54,786 nucleotides of DNA, taken from Verrucomicrobiales bacterium. GTDB taxonomy: Bacteria > Verrucomicrobiota > Verrucomicrobiia > Verrucomicrobiales > SLCJ01. The notes under the pieces are model-generated. The model did not search any database. It had not been told where the DNA came from and worked only from the letters and a program-made list of their open reading frames with translations. Where the stretch lies: positions 1 to 54,786 of the forward strand of contig JBJTQJ010000042.1 of NCBI GenBank assembly GCA_046075565.1, read 5' to 3'. How positions within the stretch are numbered: position 1 is the first letter of the stretch; each line of letters starts with the position of its first letter. Made by a program: the position numbers and the translations under genes. This document shows, piece by piece, positions 37,157 to 45,693 of the stretch.

Positions 37157-38740
37157 ATGTCCGGCTTCCCCCAGGTATACCTTTACGACACGACGCTCCG
37201 CGATGGCACGCAGGGGCAGGGATTCCATTTGAGTTCGCTGGACAAACTGCGTATTGCCGAGCGATTGGACAACTTTGGAATGCATTATATCGAGGGCGGT
37301 TGGCCGGGCTCCAATCCCAAGGATGTGGAATTTTTCGAGGAGGCGAAACGACGGACGTGGAAGCACGCGCGCATCGCGGCTTTCGGTTCGACGCGCCGGG
37401 CCGACCGCAAGGTGGAGGAAGATCCGCAGATTCAGACCTTGCTGGCGGCAGGCACTCCGGCCATCACTTTTTTCGGAAAAAGTTGGAGGCTGCATGTCAC
37501 CGAGGTGTTGCGCACGACGGTGGAGGAAAACCGGGCCATGATTGCCGATACGGCAGCCCATTTCAAAAGCCACGGCCGCGAGGTGATCTACGATGCCGAA
37601 CATTTCTTTGATGGATACAAGGACGATCCGGAGCACGCCCTTGGCACGCTCCTGGCCGCTCAGGAGGGTGGGGCCGATATCGCGGTCCTGTGCGACACGA
37701 ATGGCGGGACCTTGCCGTCGGAAGTTTTCGAGATCTGCCGCAAGGTAGGAGCGGCTTTGCGCATTCCCGTCGGTATCCACACGCATGACGACTGCGGGCT
37801 GGGCTTGGCCAACGCGCTAGCGGCCGTCTACGCCGGCGCGGTGCAAGTGCAGGGCACGATCAATGGCTACGGCGAACGCACCGGCAATTGCAATCTGACC
37901 AGCGTGATCCCGACACTGCAATTGAAGATGGGCCGTCCAGTAGTGGCAGACTTGAGCCGCTTGCGGGAGCTTTCCTACTTCGTGGATGATACCGCGAACT
38001 GCACCCACAATCCGAGGTTGCCCTATGTGGGTGAAAATGCCTTTGCCCATAAAGGGGGAATGCACGTCAACGCGGTGCAGAAGCTGGCACGCAGTTACGA
38101 GCACATCGATCCCTCGCTTGTCGGGAACACACAGAACATCCTTGTTTCCGAACTTTCCGGCCAGAGCAACATTCTCATGAAGGCCGCCGAACTCGGAGTG
38201 CCATTGGCCAAGGAAGACCCGGCCACCGCCCTTGTCCTGGCCCGTATCAAGGAATTGGAGAAAGCAGGCCATGCCTTCGAAGCCGCCGGGGCTTCGCTGG
38301 AATTGCTCATTCGCAAGGAAACCGGGCGGTATGAAGCGCCCTTTGAATTGGTCGAATACGGTTGCGGGTTCCGACATTTCGAGGACAAACACGCGCCGGT
38401 GTGTGAGGCGACGGTCAAAATACGCGTCGGTGGCGTGGAGGAATACACGGTCGCCAATGGACTGGGGGTTGTGGCCGCACTCGACAGCGCATTGCGCAAA
38501 TGTTTGAAACCATTTTATCCCGAAGTGGATGAAGTGCACTTGCGTGATTACAAGGTGCGCATCATCGATGGAAGCGAGGCGACAAATGCCGTCACGCGAG
38601 TGCTGGTCGTTTCCAGTGATGGTCACCAGACATGGGGGACGGTGGGGGTTTCCGGCAACATCATCGAGGCATCATGGCTCGCGTTGGTGGATGGCTTGGA
38701 TGTTTTTCTGCAACGTCGCCGCGAACGCAAGCCGGAGTGA
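37157..38740 (+). CDS. cimA: citramalate synthase
   Basis: DTTLRDGTQG, IEGGWPGSNPKD, YDAEHFFDGY and FAHKGGMH motifs. Confidence 0.93.
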   Translation: MSGFPQVYLYDTTLRDGTQGQGFHLSSLDKLRIAERLDNFGMHYIEGGWPGSNPKDVEFFEEAKRRTWKHARIAAFGSTRRADRKVEEDPQIQTLLAAGTPAITFFGKSWRLHVTEVLRTTVEENRAMIADTAAHFKSHGREVIYDAEHFFDGYKDDPEHALGTLLAAQEGGADIAVLCDTNGGTLPSEVFEICRKVGAALRIPVGIHTHDDCGLGLANALAAVYAGAVQVQGTINGYGERTGNCNLTSVIPTLQLKMGRPVVADLSRLRELSYFVDDTANCTHNPRLPYVGENAFAHKGGMHVNAVQKLARSYEHIDPSLVGNTQNILVSELSGQSNILMKAAELGVPLAKEDPATALVLARIKELEKAGHAFEAAGASLELLIRKETGRYEAPFELVEYGCGFRHFEDKHAPVCEATVKIRVGGVEEYTVANGLGVVAALDSALRKCLKPFYPEVDEVHLRDYKVRIIDGSEATNAVTRVLVVSSDGHQTWGTVGVSGNIIEASWLALVDGLDVFLQRRRERKPE

Positions 38741-38745
38741 GTTTC

Positions 38746-39108
38746 ATGGGCAGGTTTCTCCGTTCTCTGGGCGCGGCCATCGCGGGAATCACCGCCACAG
38801 CGCGGGAAGAACGGCATTTCCGCTTTCATCTTTTGGCCACCGTCAGTGCCATCACGGTCGGTGCCCTGATCGGCCTCGCTCCTTGGGAATGGGTGGCCCT
38901 GACTTTCGCGATCGCGGCCGTGCTCGCCGCCGAGCTCTTCAACACCGCCATCGAACGTCTCGCCGACCGAGTTTGTAAGAATCAAGACCCGCTCATCGGC
39001 CGGGCCAAGGACTGCGGTGCTGCCGCAACGCTGGTCGCGGCTATCGCAGCACTGGCAATTGGAGTTCTGATTTTCGGCCCGAAGATCCTGGCGTGGCTGC
39101 GGGCCTAA
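38746..39108 (+). CDS. dgkA: diacylglycerol/undecaprenol kinase
   Basis: ELFNTAIERLAD and AKDCGAAA motifs. Confidence 0.88.
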   Translation: MGRFLRSLGAAIAGITATAREERHFRFHLLATVSAITVGALIGLAPWEWVALTFAIAAVLAAELFNTAIERLADRVCKNQDPLIGRAKDCGAAATLVAAIAALAIGVLIFGPKILAWLRA

Positions 39109-39217
39109 CGGGGATCCACGGGCAAGCATAAGACTGAAATCAACTTGGAGGGATTTTATTGACTTGCCCTGCGTTTTTCGTCGGTGCGCTCGATGGCGCA
39201 GATGCAGGCACGCACTG

Positions 39218-39430
39218 AACCCCAACGGGGTTCTGCCCCAAAGACCGGGGTTGCCCCGAAGGGCCTACCCCGGGATCGATCCGCCGGATGGAATTGAACC
39301 CTGAAGGGGTTCTGTCCTCCGGCAAACGGGACAAAACCCCTTCAGGGTTTGGAGAAATGTGCATTTGTTCCCCGGGGTAGCCCCTCAAGCGGGGCAACCC
39401 TGGGCTCTGGGACACAATCCCTTCGGGATA
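39218..39430. repeat. ~210-bp nested palindromic element
   Basis: Inner arms AACCCTGAAGGGGTTCTGTCC/GGACAAAACCCCTTCAGGGTT; outer arms GGGTTGCCCCG..CTACCCCGGG/CCCGGGGTAG..CGGGGCAACCC. Confidence 0.75.
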
Positions 39431-39593
39431 GGGATGAAAACCTGCGAGATGGGACAGTAATCCCAGCCTTTGGTAGGAGCCCTCGTGCGAAACATGCATG
39501 CCGAACTCCCTCGGCTGTCTCGGATCGGTTTCAGCAAGGGGGTTTTCTGTGGCTGGTTGTGGTTTTCACACCCGGGGAGGTCACCACATGGAT

Positions 39594-39692
39594 GTTCGGA
39601 GCAACCACAATCCTGTGGTTGCAGAAGAGGCGGGGAAGATTGCCATGCATTCGCAGCGCTCCTGCTGCCACGACAGAAGTTTCGCTCCGAAC
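39594..39692. repeat. REP-like inverted doublet
   Basis: Ends GTTCGGAGC...GCTCCGAAC; hairpin GCAACCACA-ATCC-TGTGGTTGC. Confidence 0.55.
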
Positions 39693-39789
39693 CAGCTCCC
39701 ACCCGATTTCACGAAGAGTCATTGATTTTCCCGGGGTGCTGGGTTCTCCCGCTTGCGCGTCCTGCATTTGTTCGCGATGCTTGGCCGTC

Positions 39790-40575
39790 ATGTTCCCCAT
39801 CCTCGCCGAAGCCACGAGCGCCGTCCTCACCGACGCCCTTCCGACCCTTCTTCTGCTTGTCGGATTGGAACTCGTGCTCGGCGTGGACAATGTGCTGGTG
39901 ATTGCCATCCTGAGCAACCGCCTCCCTCTTGAACAAAGGAACAAGGCCCGGCTGATCGGGCTCACGCTCGCCATGGTGGTGCGGGTTGCCATGTTATTCG
40001 GCGTGACATGGTTGCTGGGACTCAATGTTCCGCTGCGTGATCAATATCCTGTCCTTGCATCCCAAGGGTGGCTGTCGTGGATAACCTGGCTGGCGTGGAA
40101 GGATCTCATCCTCATATCCGGCGGTTTGTTTCTCATCTACAAGGCGGTCAAGGAGATCCATCACACCGTCGAGGCGCATGACGAACATCATGAAACGGGA
40201 GGCAAGGCCGCCTATTGGCCAATCGTCGGCCAAATCGTCCTGCTCGATATCGTCTTCTCCGTCGATAGCGTGATCACGGCGGTCGGTATGACCAAACATC
40301 TCTGGGTCATCATTACGGCAGTGGTTCTGAGTTTCAGCATCATTCTCGCCTTCGCCCGACCGATTGGGGAATTCATCCTGCGAAATCCCGCGCTCAAGAT
40401 CCTTGCGCTGGCTTTCCTGGTGACGATTGGCGTGACCATCTTCATGGAAGGCATGCACAAGCATGTCGAGAAGGCCTACATCTATCTGCCGATGGGATTT
40501 GCCCTTGGTGTCGAACTCCTGCAAATGCGCCACGCTTCCAACCAGCGCCGGCGGGGCGAATCCGCCCATGGATGA
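39790..40575 (+). CDS. TerC family membrane protein
   Basis: LELVLGVDN and QIVLLDIVFSVDSVITAVG motifs. Confidence 0.92.
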   Translation: MFPILAEATSAVLTDALPTLLLLVGLELVLGVDNVLVIAILSNRLPLEQRNKARLIGLTLAMVVRVAMLFGVTWLLGLNVPLRDQYPVLASQGWLSWITWLAWKDLILISGGLFLIYKAVKEIHHTVEAHDEHHETGGKAAYWPIVGQIVLLDIVFSVDSVITAVGMTKHLWVIITAVVLSFSIILAFARPIGEFILRNPALKILALAFLVTIGVTIFMEGMHKHVEKAYIYLPMGFALGVELLQMRHASNQRRRGESAHG

Positions 40576-41479
40576 GCCCGGCCTAGAGAACCAGGATGCC
40601 GCCGCGCGCCGCCGTCGCGGCAGCCTTCTCGCCGTGGGGGCATTTGCCATCTGGGGATTTCTGCCAATTTATTGGAAGGCCATCGGCCATGTCGGTGTCC
40701 TGACCATTGTCGGACATCGGGTGGTCTGGTCACTCGTCTTCCTTATCCCCTTGCTGGCCATTCGCGGAACCTTGTCCAAAGTCGCGCAGGGTTTCACCAG
40801 CCCTTCGGTGATTGGAGCGCATCTTTTGTCGGGAGTCCTGTTAGGAGTAAATTGGTTTCTCTTTATCCTCGCCACTTTGACGGATCGGGTGTTGGAGGCC
40901 GCGTTCGGGTATTTCCTCAATCCTCTCCTCAATGTAGCCATCGGCTGGTTCCTGCTCGGGGAGCGGCGTGACAAGCGCCAGTGGTTGGCTGTCGGGCTTG
41001 CCGCCGCGGGTGTGTTCTTGCAAGCCCGCGCTATCGGTGGAATGCCGTGGTTTGGTCTGGGTCTGGCGGTGAGTTTCGCACTCTATGGCTTGGCCCGGAA
41101 GAAGTCTCCCTTCGGCTCGCTGGAGGGGCTTGCCATGGAAACGGTCTTATTGATCCCGGTGGCCATTGGATTCTTCGCCTTCGCCCCAACGGAACCTTTG
41201 CGCGGAACCCGGGATATCGTCTTGCTCGGTTTCGCTGGCGTAGTGACGGCGATGCCCCTGTTGTTATTCGCTTCGGCGGCGCGCCGACTCGATCTCGCGC
41301 GTCTCGGGATGCTCCAGTTTCTCGCGCCAACCCTCCACTTTCTCGTCGGCCACTTCGTCTATGGTGAGGCCCTTTCGCCTGCGCGCCTGCTTTCCTTCGT
41401 CGTCATTTGGACCGGGGTCGCGGTCTTTTTGTCCGAGCACTGGAGTCGAAGCAAACCACCGCCCGCGGTCCCGGGATAA
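40568..41479 (+). CDS. rarD: EamA family transporter RarD
   Basis: WGFLPIYWK, HRVVWS, GYFLNPL and GMLQFLAPT motifs. Confidence 0.9.
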   Translation: MDEPGLENQDAAARRRRGSLLAVGAFAIWGFLPIYWKAIGHVGVLTIVGHRVVWSLVFLIPLLAIRGTLSKVAQGFTSPSVIGAHLLSGVLLGVNWFLFILATLTDRVLEAAFGYFLNPLLNVAIGWFLLGERRDKRQWLAVGLAAAGVFLQARAIGGMPWFGLGLAVSFALYGLARKKSPFGSLEGLAMETVLLIPVAIGFFAFAPTEPLRGTRDIVLLGFAGVVTAMPLLLFASAARRLDLARLGMLQFLAPTLHFLVGHFVYGEALSPARLLSFVVIWTGVAVFLSEHWSRSKPPPAVPG

Positions 41480-41500
41480 GGGTGCGCTTGCGCGGTACCG

Positions 41501-41613
41501 GTGTGGGAGTGCGCCGGCAAAGGGAGCTCCAGCGACCGGCGACGGCGCTTTGGGGATGGCGAGGCCAGACCAAAAGCGGCGCCGCGCTTCGCTCGTCGCG
41601 CGCAGTCCCACAC
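41501..41613. repeat. imperfect long hairpin (REP/BIME-like) between convergent genes
   Basis: Outer GTGTGGGA...TCCCACAC with inner CGCTTTGG/CCAAAAGCG pairing. Confidence 0.55.
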
Positions 41614-41666
41614 ATCGGCCGTTCCTTTGCTTTTCGCCTTGCGTGTCGCGACGCCTCGATGACTTT

Positions 41667-43346
41667 TCACGACAAGCCAATCATTTGGCCATCCTCGTCG
41701 ATATCGATATGGAGAGCGGCGGGAGCTTTCGGCAAGCCGGGCATGGTCATGATGTCCCCGCAGATCATCACCACGAATCCCGCTCCCGCGGATAGGCGGA
41801 CTTCCCGAACCTTGAGGGGGTGGCCATCGGCCAATCCGACGCACGCCGGATCGGTCGAGAAGGAGAACTGGGTTTTCGCCACGCAAACCGGGAGGTGGCC
41901 GAATCCCTCATCTTCGATGCGGGCGATTTGGCGGTTGATGCTGACATTGCCACTCACCGCGCCGGCGCCGTAGATCTTGTGGGCAATGACTTCGAGTTTT
42001 TCCCACAACGGCATTGAATCGGGATAAAGGAACCGGAATCCCTGCGCAGGAGCTTCGATGGCCGCGATGACACTTTCCGCCAAGGGCACGGCACCTTCGC
42101 CGCCGTCCGACCAGTGGGTCGCGGGGACAATTGGCACGCCGATTTCCTGGCTGACTTCGGCGACGAGTGCCAGTTCCTCCGCGGTGTCGGAAGCAAAACG
42201 ATTCAACGCAACAACCACGGGAATACCGAAATGAATCCGGAGATTGTTCACATGGCGCTTGAGGTTGGCCAGTCCGGCGGCAACGGCGGCGGTGTTCGCC
42301 GTATGGAGAGAGTTTGTTGAGGCGCCGCCGTGGTACCGCAACGCAGGCAATGTCGCGACCAAAACCGCGGCGGATGGCTCCAGTCCGGCTTGGCGGCATT
42401 TGATGTCGCAGAATTTTTCCGCTCCGAGATCCGAACCGAAACCGGCCTCCGTGACGACGTAGTCCGCGAGACGCAGGGCGGTGCGTGTGGCAATCACGGA
42501 ATTGCAGCCGTGCGCGATGTTCGCGAATGGGCCGCCGTGGATGATGGCCGGATTGTTCTCGATGGTCTGGACAAGGTTGGGCTGGAATGCGTCACGCAAC
42601 AGGGCGGTCATTGCGCCAGCGACGCCGAATTCGTTCGCCCGAACGAAGGCGCCGGCGCGGGTTTGCCCGACCACGATGCGCTCGAATCTTTCCTTTAGAT
42701 CCGCGAGCGATTCCGCGAGGCAAAAGATCGCCATGACCTCGCTAGCGGGAACGATGTCAAAACCCGACTCGCGCGGGAAACCATTGCTCGGACCGCCCAG
42801 GCCGATGGTGATGGAGCGCAGGGCCCGGTCGTTCATGTCGAGCACACGTCGCCAACTAACACGCCGGAAATCCAACTTGGCGGTGTTCGTGTGGTGGATG
42901 TCGTTGTCGACGATGGCGGCAAGCAGATTGTGCGCCGCCCCGATGGCATGAAAGTCGCCGGTGAAATGGAGATTGATATCTTCCATCGGCACGACCTGCG
43001 AGTAACCACCGCCGGTGGCCCCGCCTTTCATCCCGAAACACGGGCCGAGCGACGGTTCGCGAAGGCAGACGATGGATCGTTTTCCAAGTCGGCAGAGGGC
43101 ATCGCTCAATCCGACGCTGGTAGTCGTTTTTCCCCCGCCCGACGGGGGTGGACTCATGGCGGTGACGAGGATGAGTTTGCCCGATGGCTGATCGGCAAGT
43201 CGCGAAGTCGCGGCCCGGCTGATCTTGGCCTTGTGGCGCCCATAACACTCGAGTTCATCTTCGGAAAGACCAATTGACGTGCCGATTTCCGTGATGGGCT
43301 TGAGTTTCGCCGCCCGGGCTATCTCCAAGTCTGATTTACCGCTCAT
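41667..43346 (-). CDS. fhs: formate--tetrahydrofolate ligase
   Basis: REPSLGPCFGMKGGATGGG, HGGPFANIAHG, TEAGFG and IMTMPGLP motifs. Confidence 0.96.
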   Translation of the reverse strand: MSGKSDLEIARAAKLKPITEIGTSIGLSEDELECYGRHKAKISRAATSRLADQPSGKLILVTAMSPPPSGGGKTTTSVGLSDALCRLGKRSIVCLREPSLGPCFGMKGGATGGGYSQVVPMEDINLHFTGDFHAIGAAHNLLAAIVDNDIHHTNTAKLDFRRVSWRRVLDMNDRALRSITIGLGGPSNGFPRESGFDIVPASEVMAIFCLAESLADLKERFERIVVGQTRAGAFVRANEFGVAGAMTALLRDAFQPNLVQTIENNPAIIHGGPFANIAHGCNSVIATRTALRLADYVVTEAGFGSDLGAEKFCDIKCRQAGLEPSAAVLVATLPALRYHGGASTNSLHTANTAAVAAGLANLKRHVNNLRIHFGIPVVVALNRFASDTAEELALVAEVSQEIGVPIVPATHWSDGGEGAVPLAESVIAAIEAPAQGFRFLYPDSMPLWEKLEVIAHKIYGAGAVSGNVSINRQIARIEDEGFGHLPVCVAKTQFSFSTDPACVGLADGHPLKVREVRLSAGAGFVVMICGDIMTMPGLPKAPAALHIDIDEDGQMIGLS

Positions 43347-43352
43347 AGCGAC

Positions 43353-43381
43353 ATGCTCAACAAGCGCAGGGGACGGTGCAA
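43353..43381 (-). promoter_or_regulatory. putative promoter for a leaderless fhs mRNA
   Basis: TTGCAC-N17-GAGCAT, then 6 nt to the ATG at 43346. Confidence 0.45.
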
Positions 43382-43458
43382 GTGGAAAATCACATGGCAC
43401 ATCGACACTGGCAAGATCGGAAAGGCCACTGAAATTCCCGGAGTGATGGCACGCAGAT

Positions 43459-43782
43459 TTACTCCCCGCGTTTGGCGAGCAGCTTGGGCAAGACTTGGGC
43501 TGCTTTATCCTTCAGTTCCTGGCTGGGCTTGAAGCGCACGATGGCGCGGGCCGGGATCGGAACGGGAAGGACGGCATCCTTGGGATTGCGGCCAATCTTG
43601 GGCGGCGTGTAGCGGACCTCGAATGTGCCGAACTTGCGCAGCGCGACTTTGTCACCACGAGCGAGCGCGGTGGTAATGCAGTCGATGGTGGTTTGCACGA
43701 CATCCGTGACAAGCATCTGGGTGGGGTTCTCCAGCTTGTCGGTGACGTGATTGATGATGTCGCGTTTGGTGACAGTTGCCAT
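43459..43782 (-). CDS. HU/IHF family DNA-binding protein
   Basis: VTKRDII, LRKFGTFEV, GRNPK and VRFKPS motifs. Confidence 0.93.
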   Translation of the reverse strand: MATVTKRDIINHVTDKLENPTQMLVTDVVQTTIDCITTALARGDKVALRKFGTFEVRYTPPKIGRNPKDAVLPVPIPARAIVRFKPSQELKDKAAQVLPKLLAKRGE

Positions 43783-43823
43783 GGCAAGGGTAGGATTGAT
43801 TTCCAAATCATGCGGCGCGCCGG

Positions 43824-44741
43824 TCATTCGGTCAACCCGGAAGCGGTCTTAAAATGCATTTTTGCGACATCGGGCAGGCGGTCGGCGCCATGGATGCGCA
43901 GGAATTCCTTCGCGGCTGCTATGACGGGCGGCCCCGCTCCCTTTGGCAGCTTGACTCCGCAGCGTTCGGAGCACTTATCGAGCCAGTCGATGAACCGCAC
44001 CCTCGCGAGGATGGAGGCGGCGGCGACAGCGAGGTCGGATTCCGCCTTGGTACGTTGGTCCAGGCGGATGCGCCGTCCCCGTTCCATGAGCGCGGAGGAT
44101 AGCACCCGGGTGTTGGCCGCGAATTGGTCGCTGAGGGCGCGCGGACAGTCGGGGCGGCGTTCGAGCAGATTTTCGATCACGCGGGCGTGACCCCAGGCGA
44201 GCAGGCGATTGAGGTTCTTGATCTTCGAATAGAGTGGATTGTATTTCGCCGGAGGCAGGATGAGAACCTCGCTGTCGAGCCCGGGCACGGTGAGGATTGC
44301 TTCGGCGAGCTGGCGGGCCCGTTTGTCAGAAGAAAGTTGTTTGCTATCCATCACGCCGAGAGCGGCGAGGGCGCGGGCAATCGGCCCATCGACATAGACG
44401 GCGGCGACGACCAATGGTCCGAAGAAATCGCCTTTGCCGCTTTCATCCACACCAATGTGCGGTGAGTAGGCTTCGGGATTCAACTCTTCTTCATAGCCGA
44501 GACGCGCCTCGCCGAGGATTTCCGGTTCGAGAATGAACTGGATGAACTCCGATGATTCCTTGCCTTGGACGACAACTTTCGGGCCTTTGCTATAGAGCGT
44601 AACCGAGAGGCCCTGCTTGCGTGCGCCGACCCGGGCGTGGGGCACATCATGCAAGTCAAATGTGCCATCGCGCAACCGCCGCTCCAAGCTGTCGGCTTGG
44701 GCGGCGGTCAGGGTGAAGGTGAACGATGACGCTCCGGCCAT
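43824..44741 (-). CDS. rnhC: ribonuclease HIII
   Basis: N-terminal TBP-like domain (LYSKGPKVVVQGK); GVDESGKGDFFGP, DSK and KMHFKT motifs. Confidence 0.95.
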   Translation of the reverse strand: MAGASSFTFTLTAAQADSLERRLRDGTFDLHDVPHARVGARKQGLSVTLYSKGPKVVVQGKESSEFIQFILEPEILGEARLGYEEELNPEAYSPHIGVDESGKGDFFGPLVVAAVYVDGPIARALAALGVMDSKQLSSDKRARQLAEAILTVPGLDSEVLILPPAKYNPLYSKIKNLNRLLAWGHARVIENLLERRPDCPRALSDQFAANTRVLSSALMERGRRIRLDQRTKAESDLAVAAASILARVRFIDWLDKCSERCGVKLPKGAGPPVIAAAKEFLRIHGADRLPDVAKMHFKTASGLTE

Positions 44742-44746
44742 GGCCT

Positions 44747-45073
44747 TCAGGCCAGGGCGAGGAGTTTCGACTTGAGCGTGTCCTTGGGAGTGCCGGCGCC
44801 AACAACTTGGTCGCGGACCGTGCCGCCCTTGAAGAACAAGAGAAGGGGAATGGATGTCACACCGAATTGGCCGGCGAGCCCGCGGGCTTCATCGACATTC
44901 ACTTTGACAATCTTGGCTTGTCCCGCCGTTTCGCCGGCGAGTTGTTCGAGCATTGGCCCGATGGCGCGGCAAGGTCCGCACCATTCGGCCCAGAAATCGA
45001 CAAGAACGGGGACCTCGGATTGCAGGACTTCGGTGGCGAAGGTGGCTTCGGTAGCGTGTATGGTATTCGACAT
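44747..45073 (-). CDS. trxA: thioredoxin
   Basis: VDFWAEWCGPCR motif. Confidence 0.96.
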   Translation of the reverse strand: MSNTIHATEATFATEVLQSEVPVLVDFWAEWCGPCRAIGPMLEQLAGETAGQAKIVKVNVDEARGLAGQFGVTSIPLLLFFKGGTVRDQVVGAGTPKDTLKSKLLALA

Positions 45074-45129
45074 AGGATGGTTTGGTTTTGGAGAATTAGT
45101 CCGGGTTTGTTTGTGGTGAATCAGAACGA

Positions 45130-45468
45130 TCAAAGGGCGAAAGTTGGTTGCGGCAGGCTGGCGTCACGATTGAGTTTTTCGCATACAAGGCCGCAGAGGG
45201 CAAAGGTCATGGGATCGACAATCTCATAGATGGCCTGCGTTCCCAAGCGCTTCCGGCGGATGATGCCGGCATCGTGCAACAACCGCAATTGTTTCGAAAC
45301 GTTGGCTTGGGAAACCCCGAGGGTTTCGACCAATTGCGTGACGTTGCGCGCTCCCGTCTTCAACTCCTGGAGAATCTGCAGGCGCGTCGCCTCGGAAAAA
45401 ACACGGAAGACTCTCGCGATTTTTTCGAGGGCGTCGCGATCAAGTTTGATGTCCGATTTGTTTCCCAT
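45130..45468 (-). CDS. ArsR/SmtB family transcriptional regulator
   Basis: TRLQIL and SQANVSKQLRLL HTH; C-terminal CGLVC. Confidence 0.92.
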   Translation of the reverse strand: MGNKSDIKLDRDALEKIARVFRVFSEATRLQILQELKTGARNVTQLVETLGVSQANVSKQLRLLHDAGIIRRKRLGTQAIYEIVDPMTFALCGLVCEKLNRDASLPQPTFAL

Positions 45469-45573
45469 GGCGGTGAGGGAGTGGATTATGACACCTGCCG
45501 TCGTCGCCGCAATCAAAGTCATGGCGCAAGACCACGATTTCTGACTGTTTTCCACGATCTCAGGTTATGTATC

Positions 45574-45601
45574 TTTATATAGCGATATAAGACTTTGTCA
45601 A
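45574..45601 (-). promoter_or_regulatory. sigma70 promoter overlapped by an AT-rich inverted repeat (candidate ArsR operator)
   Basis: TTGACA-N16-TATAAA on the minus strand; TTATAT-AGCG-ATATAA at 45575-45590. Confidence 0.6.
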
Positions 45602-45693
45602 GCTCTTGCTGGTGTGAATTCCTTTCCTTCCGATCTTGCGTGGGGCTAGGCCACTTGGCAGATTGGCGGGGAATTTGAACCCAAAGAATCATC

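Noticed and set aside
39431-39789. yybP-ykoY manganese riboswitch before terC
   Set aside because: Consensus not recognisable by eye, and a promoter candidate abuts the ATG; an Rfam scan is needed to exclude it fully.
43347-43458. ZMP/ZTP riboswitch before fhs
   Set aside because: Conserved motifs not seen, and the mRNA looks leaderless.
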